A stretch of DNA of 64,000 nt from Acidobacteriota bacterium (GTDB taxonomy: Bacteria > Acidobacteriota > Thermoanaerobaculia > Thermoanaerobaculales > Sulfomarinibacteraceae), in the NCBI GenBank assembly GCA_022340665.1, contig JAJDNM010000029.1:15627-79626 (forward strand). Reading direction: 5' to 3'. The position numbers were made by a program, and so were the translations under genes. Within the stretch, counting starts at the first letter, position 1. Every line of letters begins with the position of its first letter. Shown here in pieces: positions 17,895 to 28,450 of the stretch. Under the pieces are notes generated by a model that did no database searches, was not told the origin of the DNA, and was given only the letters and a program-made list of their open reading frames with translations.

Positions 17895-17972
17895 GGACGG
17901 CGGAACCCGTATGGCCGTATAGCCGTTTCGCCTTGGGTGGGCGGGTGACGGAACCCGTTCTGCCGTTCAGCC
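17895..17972. repeat. two ~28-bp direct repeats (GACGG(C)GGAACCCGTnnnGCCGTnnAGCC) flanking a GGGTGGGCGGG motif
   Basis: Copies at 17895-17924 and 17945-17972. The GGGTGGGCGG motif recurs in other intergenic mosaics in this window. Confidence 0.7.
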
Positions 17973-17973
17973 C

Positions 17974-20900
17974 CTACAGCAATCTCTCGTTCGCGTCATC
18001 ACCGAGGGCTATGACGGATCGGAAAAGGGCTCTGACGATCTCGATATTGTTGGACAGGAGATCGAAGAAGTCTTCGGCTTCTATGATCAGCATTCGTGAT
18101 TCGGTGGTCGCAACTGCATCGCCCGACCGGGTGTGACCGCTGAGGATATCGAGAACACCGAAACGTCCGCTCGGCCCGATCACCACCCCGTGTTCCTCGT
18201 CGGCACCCAGCCGCACCTTCCCTTCGACCACACAGAAGAGGCTGTCGGCGGGCTCATCGCGGCGGAAGATTACCTCGTCCTTGTCATAGGTGTGCTCGCT
18301 GGCAATCGCCGCCAACCTGAGGACCTGCTCCGCGTTGCAGTGGGCAAAGAGATCGACCCCCTGTAGAAAGACCATCATCTCGATCTGTGCCATCTGGCCC
18401 ATATCGGTGTCTCCTCCCCTCGCGATCACTCCCCGGGTTCTCGGGCCGGCCTTGACCTTGTTTGTAACCCAGGCGGCAGTCTCCTTGACCATCTGGTCCT
18501 CCGTTTCCTCTGCCAGCGCCGCCACCTCCGGGTAGAGCTTTTCGATCTCCTCGTCCCACACGTTGTAGAGAGCCGCGAGGATGATGCCGATGGCGCTCGG
18601 GTCGCGCCGCGGGTCGATCTGGATCATCCGATGAAGTGCCTGTTCCGGAGATTGAACCTGAGTCCCGAATATCTGATGTGCACGCCTGAGCTTGTCCTCC
18701 AGCGGGGCATCATCGATCACCGCGAACAGATCGCGGCGCAATGAACCTGAAAGCGTGTTGTCGAGGTACTCGAGCGAGCGCGCCCGAAGCTTGTTGTTGC
18801 CCGTGAGGAGGCTCCGTTGGGCGGCCCGCACATCCTCCGGGTTCTCGACCAGCTCGAGTAGAGAGAAGATGTTGCCGACCGAGTCGACCAATCGTTGAGC
18901 GAGCAGCTGCTGCGGCAGCGTCGGCACGCGGCCATCGACCTTCCAAACGGCCAGCGGCCCGTCCAATCGCGCTTCATGAAGCGACGACACCGCCCATAGG
19001 TCGGCGAGATTCTGCAGATAGCGCGAGGCCTCTTTGCTGAGCTCACGGGTTATTTTCCGCCGACTGAACTTGAGGTCGGGATAGCGGGACCGCAGATAGC
19101 TCAATGCTTCGATAATCTTCGTGCGCAGCATCGAGTCGGAGGCGTCAAGGCTCTCCAGCAGGACATCCACCGCCTTTTGAGATCCGATCAGAGCGATCGT
19201 CTTGGGTACCGCCCGGCGAACCCAGATCTGCTCGTCGTCAGATCGCATGAAGAGCAGTAGCGGCTCGATAGCCACGACGCCCTGGGCCACCAGCGCCTCG
19301 CGGGCCTCGTGCTTGAGTCTCCGATTTCCCGTCAAGGAGATGAGGATGGTTGCGTAGAGGGGATTCGGTCCGCTACGCGCGACCCGCTGGCGAACCGCGT
19401 GAATCGCTTCCTGGATCACTTTCAGGTCACGATCGTAAAGAAGCAGAACCAGGATGTCACTCGCCGTAGGATCGTCGACCTGGCCGAGAGCGCCGGCCGC
19501 CTCGGCCCGGACGCAGGGATTGTCATCCGCGACCATTTCGGAAAGCACGTTTTCGGCTTTCTCCCGGGCCTCGCCCTCTCCTCCCCCGAGAAGGCCGGCA
19601 ACGGCAGACGCCCTTAGACGCGGGTTTTTCTCTTCGAGGTGCTTCAGCATCAGGCTGGCGGCATACTCTTTCCGGAGCTGGGCGAGGGTCCGCATGGCGC
19701 CGGTGCGGACCTCGGCATCGCTGTCGCCGAGGGCGCGCTCCACCAGATCGGCTGCATCCTCGCGGCCCGTTTCAGCCAGGATGTCGAGTGTCCTGCGGCG
19801 CACCTCCGCGCTGTCATGATGGAGCAGCACCGGCGGGACGAGTCGTCCCTCACCGCTCGACGACAGGAGATCGAGACTGTGGAGGACCTTGCGCGGATCC
19901 GAGCTTCCGAGTGCCTCGACCAGAGTCGTCACGGTTGTCACGTCACTGGAATCGATCGTCGCATCGGTCTGGATGACGCCGGATTTCAGGCCTTCTCGAA
20001 AGGCGGTCACGTACTCGCGCCGGGTGCGGATCGTCAGTGCCAGCCAGCCGATGGCGAGAAACAGAGTCACCACGCTCACCCAGGTGGCAGACAGAAAGGT
20101 CAGGATTACCAGGATCAGAATCGCCGCGGCGCCCTTGCTGAACCGCTGGATGAAGACATCGATGAACGCCTTCGCCTTGATCCGCAATTCCTCCGCGACC
20201 GGCATGAAGAGAAGCTCCCGGGTGGCCTGATCGACCGAGTGTCGGAGGCTGTTTTCGCCGAGGAATAGGATCCACACGAGCGGATAGACGATGAGCGTGG
20301 CCGGCGAGAAAACGATGGCCAGCACCACCGCCAGTTGAGCCAGAACCACCGTGCCGGGCAACACGCGCATTCCGACGCTCACCCCCAGGACCCGGTGGAT
20401 GCGGCCAGTGAAGATCAGCTGGAAGAGAAAGCCGACAAGACCCATCAGAATGAAGGCGTACGCGAAGACCGACGTCCGCTGGTCGAGGTTTTTGGTGTGC
20501 AGTTCGACATACCAGTTGAATTGCCAGCCGACGAGTTGGCCAATCATGACCGAGGCAGCCATCAGGAGGGCGATCATTGCCAGCAGCCTCGAACCTCTCA
20601 GGGTGCTGAGCCCGCCACGCGCCTCGTCATATCGGAGTTTGCGAATCGACCGTGGAGGCCTGTCAGGGTGTGCCCGGCGCCGCTCGATGAGGACCAGCAG
20701 GATGGGAAGGACGAGCAGCAGCGCCGCGGCGGCGAGCAGGATGTAGCGAGTGCCCGCGACGCGGGTCACCGCCGCAGCCAGCAGCCCGCCCAATGTGGCT
20801 CCGAGCAGACCGCCCGCACCGATGAAGGAGAACAGACGCCGAGCCTGCCTTGCGTCGAAGACCTGGTTCGCATACGTCCAGAACTGCGACACGGCGATCG

Positions 20901-21348
20901 CGAACGCCATCCCCAGCCACACGTAGTAGAGCGCCGCGACCCATCCTCGTCCGATGCTGAAGAGGTAAAAGAAAAGGACCAGCCCGATGACGTGCAGCAG
21001 GGTGCCGCCCAGGATCAGCATCGGCAGACGCACGCGCATGGCCGCGCGCGAATAGAGCACCAGGACCGGAAGGGAGACTGCGGCGACCGCGAGATAGACC
21101 CACGGGAGGTTCTCTGCACCGAGGGAATCAATGAAGGTCGCCTGCCGGACGGATTTGCTCGCGAAGTGAACCGTCGTCAGGATCAGGAATTCAAAAAAGA
21201 ACAGCCACGCCAACCCGCCCTCACCCCGCCGAATTCCGAAAATGCCGCCCCCGAAATCGCGGAGCCTGCCGCCGGAACGCATCGCGTTGCCGACCGAGAG
21301 TCTCTCGTGCGCAGCCGAGTCCGTCGTTCTTGGTCTCACTCTCGCCAA
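17974..21348 (-). CDS. multi-domain membrane protein: N-terminal TLC/NTT-like (ATP:ADP antiporter family) transporter, central HEAT (PBS-lyase type) repeats, C-terminal cyclic-nucleotide-binding domain
   Basis: N-terminus GLAWLFFFEFLILTTVHFASKSVRQATFIDSLGAENLPWVYLAVAA with ~12 TM helices resembles nucleotide transporters. HEAT repeats include AEVRRRTLDILAETG, DAEVRTGAMRTLAQL and NPCVRAEAAGALGQV. cNMP domain: FLQGVDLF...FGVLDIL...RSGDAVA. Likely start at internal ATG (MRSGG..., ~21282). Confidence 0.8.
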   Translation of the reverse strand: MARVRPRTTDSAAHERLSVGNAMRSGGRLRDFGGGIFGIRRGEGGLAWLFFFEFLILTTVHFASKSVRQATFIDSLGAENLPWVYLAVAAVSLPVLVLYSRAAMRVRLPMLILGGTLLHVIGLVLFFYLFSIGRGWVAALYYVWLGMAFAIAVSQFWTYANQVFDARQARRLFSFIGAGGLLGATLGGLLAAAVTRVAGTRYILLAAAALLLVLPILLVLIERRRAHPDRPPRSIRKLRYDEARGGLSTLRGSRLLAMIALLMAASVMIGQLVGWQFNWYVELHTKNLDQRTSVFAYAFILMGLVGFLFQLIFTGRIHRVLGVSVGMRVLPGTVVLAQLAVVLAIVFSPATLIVYPLVWILFLGENSLRHSVDQATRELLFMPVAEELRIKAKAFIDVFIQRFSKGAAAILILVILTFLSATWVSVVTLFLAIGWLALTIRTRREYVTAFREGLKSGVIQTDATIDSSDVTTVTTLVEALGSSDPRKVLHSLDLLSSSGEGRLVPPVLLHHDSAEVRRRTLDILAETGREDAADLVERALGDSDAEVRTGAMRTLAQLRKEYAASLMLKHLEEKNPRLRASAVAGLLGGGEGEAREKAENVLSEMVADDNPCVRAEAAGALGQVDDPTASDILVLLLYDRDLKVIQEAIHAVRQRVARSGPNPLYATILISLTGNRRLKHEAREALVAQGVVAIEPLLLFMRSDDEQIWVRRAVPKTIALIGSQKAVDVLLESLDASDSMLRTKIIEALSYLRSRYPDLKFSRRKITRELSKEASRYLQNLADLWAVSSLHEARLDGPLAVWKVDGRVPTLPQQLLAQRLVDSVGNIFSLLELVENPEDVRAAQRSLLTGNNKLRARSLEYLDNTLSGSLRRDLFAVIDDAPLEDKLRRAHQIFGTQVQSPEQALHRMIQIDPRRDPSAIGIILAALYNVWDEEIEKLYPEVAALAEETEDQMVKETAAWVTNKVKAGPRTRGVIARGGDTDMGQMAQIEMMVFLQGVDLFAHCNAEQVLRLAAIASEHTYDKDEVIFRRDEPADSLFCVVEGKVRLGADEEHGVVIGPSGRFGVLDILSGHTRSGDAVATTESRMLIIEAEDFFDLLSNNIEIVRALFRSVIALGDDANERLL

Positions 21349-21535
21349 AAATACTCCGTCGCCGAGTCTGAGGCAACAGTTGAACGATTTCCGATGCGTC
21401 GTCGCCTGTCATCGTGTACGGTCAACGACCTCTCAGGTTTTCAGGAATATCTTAGCCAGTTACACTCAAAAACAGTTGCGATGCCGGGTTTTCGAAATCT
21501 TAGTCTATTTTTATAAGGAATATCAATATTGGGTC

Positions 21536-21564
21536 TTGACATCCGCGCGAATAACCCTTATATT
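21536..21564 (+). promoter_or_regulatory. sigma70-type promoter of groESL (TTGACA-17-TATATT)
   Basis: -35 at 21536-21541 and -10 at 21559-21564, 64 bp upstream of the groES ATG. Confidence 0.6.
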
Positions 21565-21568
21565 CACG

Positions 21569-21595
21569 CTAGCACTCTCACGACGAGAGTGCCAA
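21569..21595 (+). promoter_or_regulatory. CIRCE operator (HrcA binding site)
   Basis: cTAGCACTC-N9-GAGTGCcAA matches the CIRCE consensus TTAGCACTC-N9-GAGTGCTAA. Lies between the promoter and groES. Confidence 0.85.
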
Positions 21596-21627
21596 AACAT
21601 CGCAATAACTCGAAAGGAGAGAGTCAC

Positions 21628-21918
21628 ATGAAGGTCAAACCTTTGGGTGATCGAGTGCTTTTGAAGCGGGTTGAAACCGAGGAAGAGGTGCGCGGCGGAA
21701 TCATCATCCCCGACACCGCCAAGGAGAAACCCCAGGAGGCTGAGGTCGTCTCGGTCGGCGACGGCAAGATGGACGACGACGGCAAGCGCCTGCCAATGAC
21801 GGTCAAGAAGGGCGATCGCGTCCTGATCGGCAAGTACACGGGACAGGACATCAAAATCAACGACGAGGAACACACCATCGTCCGTGAAGACGAGATCCTC
21901 GCCATCATCGAAAAGTAA
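21628..21918 (+). CDS. groES: co-chaperonin GroES
   Basis: MKVKPLGDRVLLKRVETEEEVRGGIIIPDTAKEKPQEAEVVSVG... with AGGAGAG RBS. The ORF-track start 21529 is rejected. Confidence 0.95.
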   Translation: MKVKPLGDRVLLKRVETEEEVRGGIIIPDTAKEKPQEAEVVSVGDGKMDDDGKRLPMTVKKGDRVLIGKYTGQDIKINDEEHTIVREDEILAIIEK

Positions 21919-21922
21919 GTAG

Positions 21923-23590
<1,668 letters not shown>

Positions 23591-23613
23591 TCGCCCGTTT
23601 CTTTCGATCAACC

Positions 23614-23643
23614 AGAACCCGGCTTCGGCCGGGTTCTTTTTTG
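23614..23643 (+). terminator. Rho-independent terminator after groEL
   Basis: agaacccggc-ttcg-gccgggttct stem-loop followed by TTTTTT. Confidence 0.85.
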
Positions 23644-23869
23644 AGAAGGCGTTTCGGAAAAACGGCGTTACGGGGAATCGCCAGTACCCGGAACAGGCAT
23701 AATGATGAGCTTGAGCGTCTTTGCGTCGGCACGTGAGAGGGAGAACCCATGGAACCGTCTGCCGAGTGGGCGGGCGGAGGAATAACGCAACTCCGATGGA
23801 CATTTACCGTACTGTCCGTGGGGCTGCCGGGAGCGATACGAATCGACCCGTGAACCAAAGGAAAACACG

Positions 23870-25021
23870 GTGATGAACCAACCCAGATCAACACCTCTGT
23901 TCGTTCGAGGTGCGCCAGCCTTTCTTGCTCTTGTCGTGGCGATCGCCGCCGGCGGTTGCGGTGGCGATGCAAACGGCCACGGGGCCAACGGGCACGGTGA
24001 TAGCGAACAGGAAGGCCAGGAAGAGCCGGCAATCACCGTACGTGCCGGGCTGATATCCCGCGAGCCGATTTCTTCACTCTACTCGACCTCTGCGACTCTG
24101 CGAGCCGATCGCCGAGCGACCGTCATCGCCAGGACGCGTGGAGTCGTGCGCCGCCTCGCCGTAGAGGAGGGCGATCGGGTCGTCGTGGAACAGGCGCTCG
24201 CATTTCTCGAGGACGATGAACAGAAGATTGCCGCTGCTCGCGCCCGTACCACCGAGGAGACGGCCCGCCGCGACCACCAGCGGCTTTCCGGCCTTTACGA
24301 GCAGGGCCTGGTCAGCGTCGACGAGTACGAAGCGAGCCGGCGAGATGCAGAGGACGCCGCCCACGCTCTCGAACTGGCCGAGCTCGAGCTGTCTCGTACT
24401 GTAATCCGCGCGCCGATAGCCGGGGTCGTGGTGACCCGCCATCTCGACGTCGGCGCCACCGTGTCGGACGGCACTCCCGTCTACGACCTCGCCGACCTCG
24501 ATCCACTTTATGCCGACATCAACATTCCCGAGCGCCACGTCACTCGCCTCGCCCCCGGCCAGGAGGTCCTTTTGACTGCGGATGCAACTGGCTCCCAGGC
24601 GCGAGCCATCATCGAACGAATCGCACCCGCTGTAGACCCTGCGACGGGCACCGTGAAGGTCACCGTCGCTGTGGTAGGAGATTCCGGGCTCAGGCCCGGA
24701 GCCTTCGTCCGCGTCGACATCGTCACCGACACCCACGCCGACTCCCTGGTCGTCTCGCGGTCGGCGCTGGTCGCCGAAGGGCGCCGCTGGCACCTCTACC
24801 GAGTCTCCGGCGACGGCACCACCGTTGACCAGATTGAAGTCGAGCTTGGTTTCGAAACCGGAGACCGTGTCGAAATCACTGGTTCCAAAGATGACGACGT
24901 GAAGCTTGCCGATGGCGATCAGGTGATCGTCGTCGGCGCCCCCGCTCTTTCGGATGGAGCCAAAATCCGCCTCATGACCGAAGACCAGTCTGCGTCTGAG
25001 AACGTGAAGCAGGCAGGCTGA
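23870..25021 (+). CDS. RND efflux periplasmic adaptor (membrane fusion protein, HlyD family), lipoprotein
   Basis: Lipobox IAAGGC, coiled-coil region, beta-barrel and MP domain motifs (VIRAPIAGVV, RPGAFVRVDI). Confidence 0.9.
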   Translation: MMNQPRSTPLFVRGAPAFLALVVAIAAGGCGGDANGHGANGHGDSEQEGQEEPAITVRAGLISREPISSLYSTSATLRADRRATVIARTRGVVRRLAVEEGDRVVVEQALAFLEDDEQKIAAARARTTEETARRDHQRLSGLYEQGLVSVDEYEASRRDAEDAAHALELAELELSRTVIRAPIAGVVVTRHLDVGATVSDGTPVYDLADLDPLYADINIPERHVTRLAPGQEVLLTADATGSQARAIIERIAPAVDPATGTVKVTVAVVGDSGLRPGAFVRVDIVTDTHADSLVVSRSALVAEGRRWHLYRVSGDGTTVDQIEVELGFETGDRVEITGSKDDDVKLADGDQVIVVGAPALSDGAKIRLMTEDQSASENVKQAG

Positions 25022-25059
25022 TGCTCGGTGGTTCCTCGACCTTGATCGGGATCTGAGCC

Positions 25060-28000
25060 GTGCTGCCGCGCTTTGCCGTCAATCGGCCGGTCACCGTCCT
25101 GATGGCGACCCTGGCGATCTCGACCTTTGGCCTGTTGGCAGTCCAAAACCTGCCCGTCGACCTGCTGCCGGACCTTTCCTACCCCACCCTCACAATCCAG
25201 ACCGAGTATCAGGATGCTGCGCCGGAGACCGTCGAACAATTCGTCACACGACCAATCGAAGAAGCGGTGGGAGTCATCCCCGGAGTGCGCGAGATGCGTT
25301 CGCAGTCACGTTCGAGCCTTTCCGAGGTCGTCCTGGAGTTCGAGTGGGGAGAGTCGATGGATACCGCGGGCCTGGAAGTCCGCGAACGCCTCGGCTTGGT
25401 GGAACTGCCCCGCGAAGCGGAGATCCCCAGGGTGCTGCGATTCGACCCTTCGCTCGAACCCATTATGCGGCTCGGGTTTTACGGCGATCGAGATCTCGAC
25501 GAGCTCCGTCAGCTGGCAGATCGTTGGCTCAAACCACGGCTCGAATCGGTGGTCGGCGTCGCCGCAGCAAAGGTTCGCGGTGGTCTGGACGCAGAAGTCG
25601 TGGTCGAGGCCGACGAGGATCGACTGGCTGCACTCGGACTCACACCGGCCGATCTCGCGTTGGCCCTGCGGCAAGAAAACGTGAATCAGCCCGGGGGCAC
25701 GCTTCGTGACTTCAACGCGATCTACCTCGTCCGCACCATGCACGAGTTCGAGAACCTGGAGCAGATTCGGCGAACTGTAGTACGCGAAACTGCAACCGGC
25801 CGGACACGGGTCGAGGACGTGGCGCGCGTCTTTCGCGGACACCGCGATCGCGATGAAATCACTCGGCTCGGTGGACGTGAGGTAGTCGAGATAGATTTGC
25901 ACCGCCAGGGGACCGCGAACACTGTCGCGGTCGCCAGAGCGGTCGAGGAGAGGCTTGAAGAGCTCCGCGGCGAGATGCCACCGGACCTCCACATTGAAAC
26001 GCTTACCGATCTCTCCGCCTACATCACGTCGGCGATCAACATGGTGTGGTCGGCGGCCTGGATCGGTGGCGTACTGGCAATTCTCGTGCTCTACTTCTTC
26101 CTCCGCGACCTCCGCGCGACTTCGATCATCGCCCTCACAATTCCGGTGTCTGTGATTGCCACCTTTCTCTTCATGGACCGAGCCGGCGTCTCGATCAACA
26201 TCATGTCCCTCGGCGGACTCGCCCTCGGCGTCGGCATGCTGGTGGACAACTCGATCGTGGTTCTCGAAGCCATCGATCGCCGCCGCGGCGAGGGCCTCGA
26301 GCGTGCGCAAGCCGCCATCACCGGCGCCTCGGAGGTAGCGGGAGCGGTCACTGCGGCCACCCTGACAACAATTGCGGTGTTCTTTCCCATCGTCTTCGTC
26401 CAGGGAGTCGCCGGGCAGCTCTTTCGGGACCAGGCAATCACCGTCTGTCTCTCGTTAGCCACCTCCTTGGTCGTGTCACTGACGCTGATTCCCGCACTTT
26501 CGGGATTCACAGCCCGCAAGGGTTTCGAGAGCGCCGGACGCCTCGCCGGACGCCGCCAGAGCGATGACGCGCCACTGCCCTTCACTTTTCACTTTGCCGG
26601 ATTCCAGCTCGATCCGATCGGTGATGGACAATCGTTGACCAGCAAGATCGTCACTGTCGCTGCCTTTCCCCTTCGATTCCTCATCCTTCTCGCGGCACTG
26701 GCGATCGGATTCTGTTGGTGGGTTTTCAGCCGAACGTTCGAGGTCGCCGCTGCTCCCCTCGGACGCGCCTTCGATGTTGTCGCTCGCTCGTATCCTGGCG
26801 CTTTGACATCGGCACTCGAACGGCGATGGCTTGTCTTGGCAGCAGCAGTAGCGATGTTCGCAGCATCGGTGCTGGCCATTCCCTATCTCGGCACGGACCT
26901 GGTCCCCGACCTTGCCCAGGGCGAGTTTGCATTCCAGCTACGGCTGCCCGAAGGTGCAACTCTCGAGGCCACGGCTGAGATGGTGGATCAGATCGAGGCC
27001 ATGTTGGTGAACGACCCCGCCTTCGCTTCGGTCTTTTCCATGGTGGGCAGCCTGCCATCGGCGGCGTCGGGCCGACGCACCCTGGGCGAAAACCTCGCAC
27101 AGATCAACTTCCGGATGGCGGGCGATGCCGATGCCGAAGATGAGGCAGCTGCCGTGCAACGCGTACGCACCGTCATCGCCCGCTTCCCACGTGCAGACGC
27201 CGAGCTCGTGCGACCGGCGGTTCTGTCGGTCCGGCCGCCGATCGCGGTGCAGGTGTATTCGGACGACCTGGTTGAACTCGACCAGGCTGCCGAAGCGGTT
27301 CGGGAGGTTCTCGAGGAACTGCCCGAGGTCCGTGACGTGGCGACTACCTCCGAGCCCGGGAGCCCGGAAATTCTGGTCGAGCTCGATCGAGAACGAGCTG
27401 CCGCGCTCGGCGTCTCAGCCAACGACGTCGGCGCTGCGATGAGAACCAAGATTCGAGGCGACGTCGTCGGTGAGTTCCGAGAGGGCGAGGAGCGGATCGA
27501 CATCAGACTTCGCGCCGGCGAACGGTTCCGGTCATTGGCTTCTGGAGTCCAGGCCCTTCGAATCCTCCTCCCCGGAGGCACAACGGTGCCGGTGTCCGCG
27601 GTAGCCGAGGTCGTTGTCGGTCGCGGTCCTGCTGCAATTTATCGGTACTCGGGCGCGCGGGTTGCGGAGGTGACCGCGCTGCCGACCACTCGTGACCTCG
27701 GCGGAGCCTTGGCTGCGGTCGATGCCGCCGTCTCGAGTCTGGTGTTGCCGGCGGGCGCGAGGCCCGAGCTCGCGGGTCAGAACGAAGAGCTTTCCGTCAG
27801 CTTCCGTTCATTGTGGCTGGCGATGGCACTGGCCACCTTCTTGGTCTACGTCGTCATGGCATCGCAGTTCGAGTCCCTGATCCATCCATTCGTTATCCTG
27901 ATGGCAGTGCCACTGGGAGTGGTCGGTGTGGTGGTAGCGCTCCTTCTGACGTCCACCTCGATCAGTGTCCTGGTGCTTATAGGAGCCATCATGCTGGCCG

Positions 28001-28332
28001 GCATCGTCGTCAACAATGCCATCGTGTTGGTCGACGCAGTCAACCGCCGACGCCGAGAGGGCCAGGCGGTCGATGACGCGCTCGTGGGCGCGGGGAGTGA
28101 ACGTCTGAGGCCAATCCTCATGACTACGGCTACGACCGTGCTCGCACTGTTTCCAATGGCCCTCGGTCTTGGAGCAGGCGATGAGCTTCGTGCGCCGCTC
28201 GCCATCACGGTGATCGGCGGCCTGACTGTCGCGACGGTGCTGACACTTATCGTCATACCTTGTATCTACAAGGTCGTTGGCAAGGCGCCCGTCCGGGGGA
28301 AGGTGGAAGAGAAAGAAGAGGCTCCAGCATGA
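25060..28332 (+). CDS. RND efflux transporter permease (AcrB/CzcA superfamily) 1
   Basis: 1090 aa, GTG start, 12 TM helices and two large periplasmic loops. Confidence 0.95.
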   Translation: MLPRFAVNRPVTVLMATLAISTFGLLAVQNLPVDLLPDLSYPTLTIQTEYQDAAPETVEQFVTRPIEEAVGVIPGVREMRSQSRSSLSEVVLEFEWGESMDTAGLEVRERLGLVELPREAEIPRVLRFDPSLEPIMRLGFYGDRDLDELRQLADRWLKPRLESVVGVAAAKVRGGLDAEVVVEADEDRLAALGLTPADLALALRQENVNQPGGTLRDFNAIYLVRTMHEFENLEQIRRTVVRETATGRTRVEDVARVFRGHRDRDEITRLGGREVVEIDLHRQGTANTVAVARAVEERLEELRGEMPPDLHIETLTDLSAYITSAINMVWSAAWIGGVLAILVLYFFLRDLRATSIIALTIPVSVIATFLFMDRAGVSINIMSLGGLALGVGMLVDNSIVVLEAIDRRRGEGLERAQAAITGASEVAGAVTAATLTTIAVFFPIVFVQGVAGQLFRDQAITVCLSLATSLVVSLTLIPALSGFTARKGFESAGRLAGRRQSDDAPLPFTFHFAGFQLDPIGDGQSLTSKIVTVAAFPLRFLILLAALAIGFCWWVFSRTFEVAAAPLGRAFDVVARSYPGALTSALERRWLVLAAAVAMFAASVLAIPYLGTDLVPDLAQGEFAFQLRLPEGATLEATAEMVDQIEAMLVNDPAFASVFSMVGSLPSAASGRRTLGENLAQINFRMAGDADAEDEAAAVQRVRTVIARFPRADAELVRPAVLSVRPPIAVQVYSDDLVELDQAAEAVREVLEELPEVRDVATTSEPGSPEILVELDRERAAALGVSANDVGAAMRTKIRGDVVGEFREGEERIDIRLRAGERFRSLASGVQALRILLPGGTTVPVSAVAEVVVGRGPAAIYRYSGARVAEVTALPTTRDLGGALAAVDAAVSSLVLPAGARPELAGQNEELSVSFRSLWLAMALATFLVYVVMASQFESLIHPFVILMAVPLGVVGVVVALLLTSTSISVLVLIGAIMLAGIVVNNAIVLVDAVNRRRREGQAVDDALVGAGSERLRPILMTTATTVLALFPMALGLGAGDELRAPLAITVIGGLTVATVLTLIVIPCIYKVVGKAPVRGKVEEKEEAPA

Positions 28333-28450
28333 GATTGCGAAATTCGGCATTCGGAATTCGGAGTTGGTACTCCGGTCGCCTCGAACTTCTCGGGGCGCCG
28401 GGTGGTATTCCAGAACTCAGAATTCGGAATTCAGTACTTTGGAAACCGCC

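Noticed and set aside
20335-21516. 393-aa plus-strand ORF
   Set aside because: Antisense to the 5' part of the TLC-HEAT-cNMP gene. Highly charged low-complexity translation.
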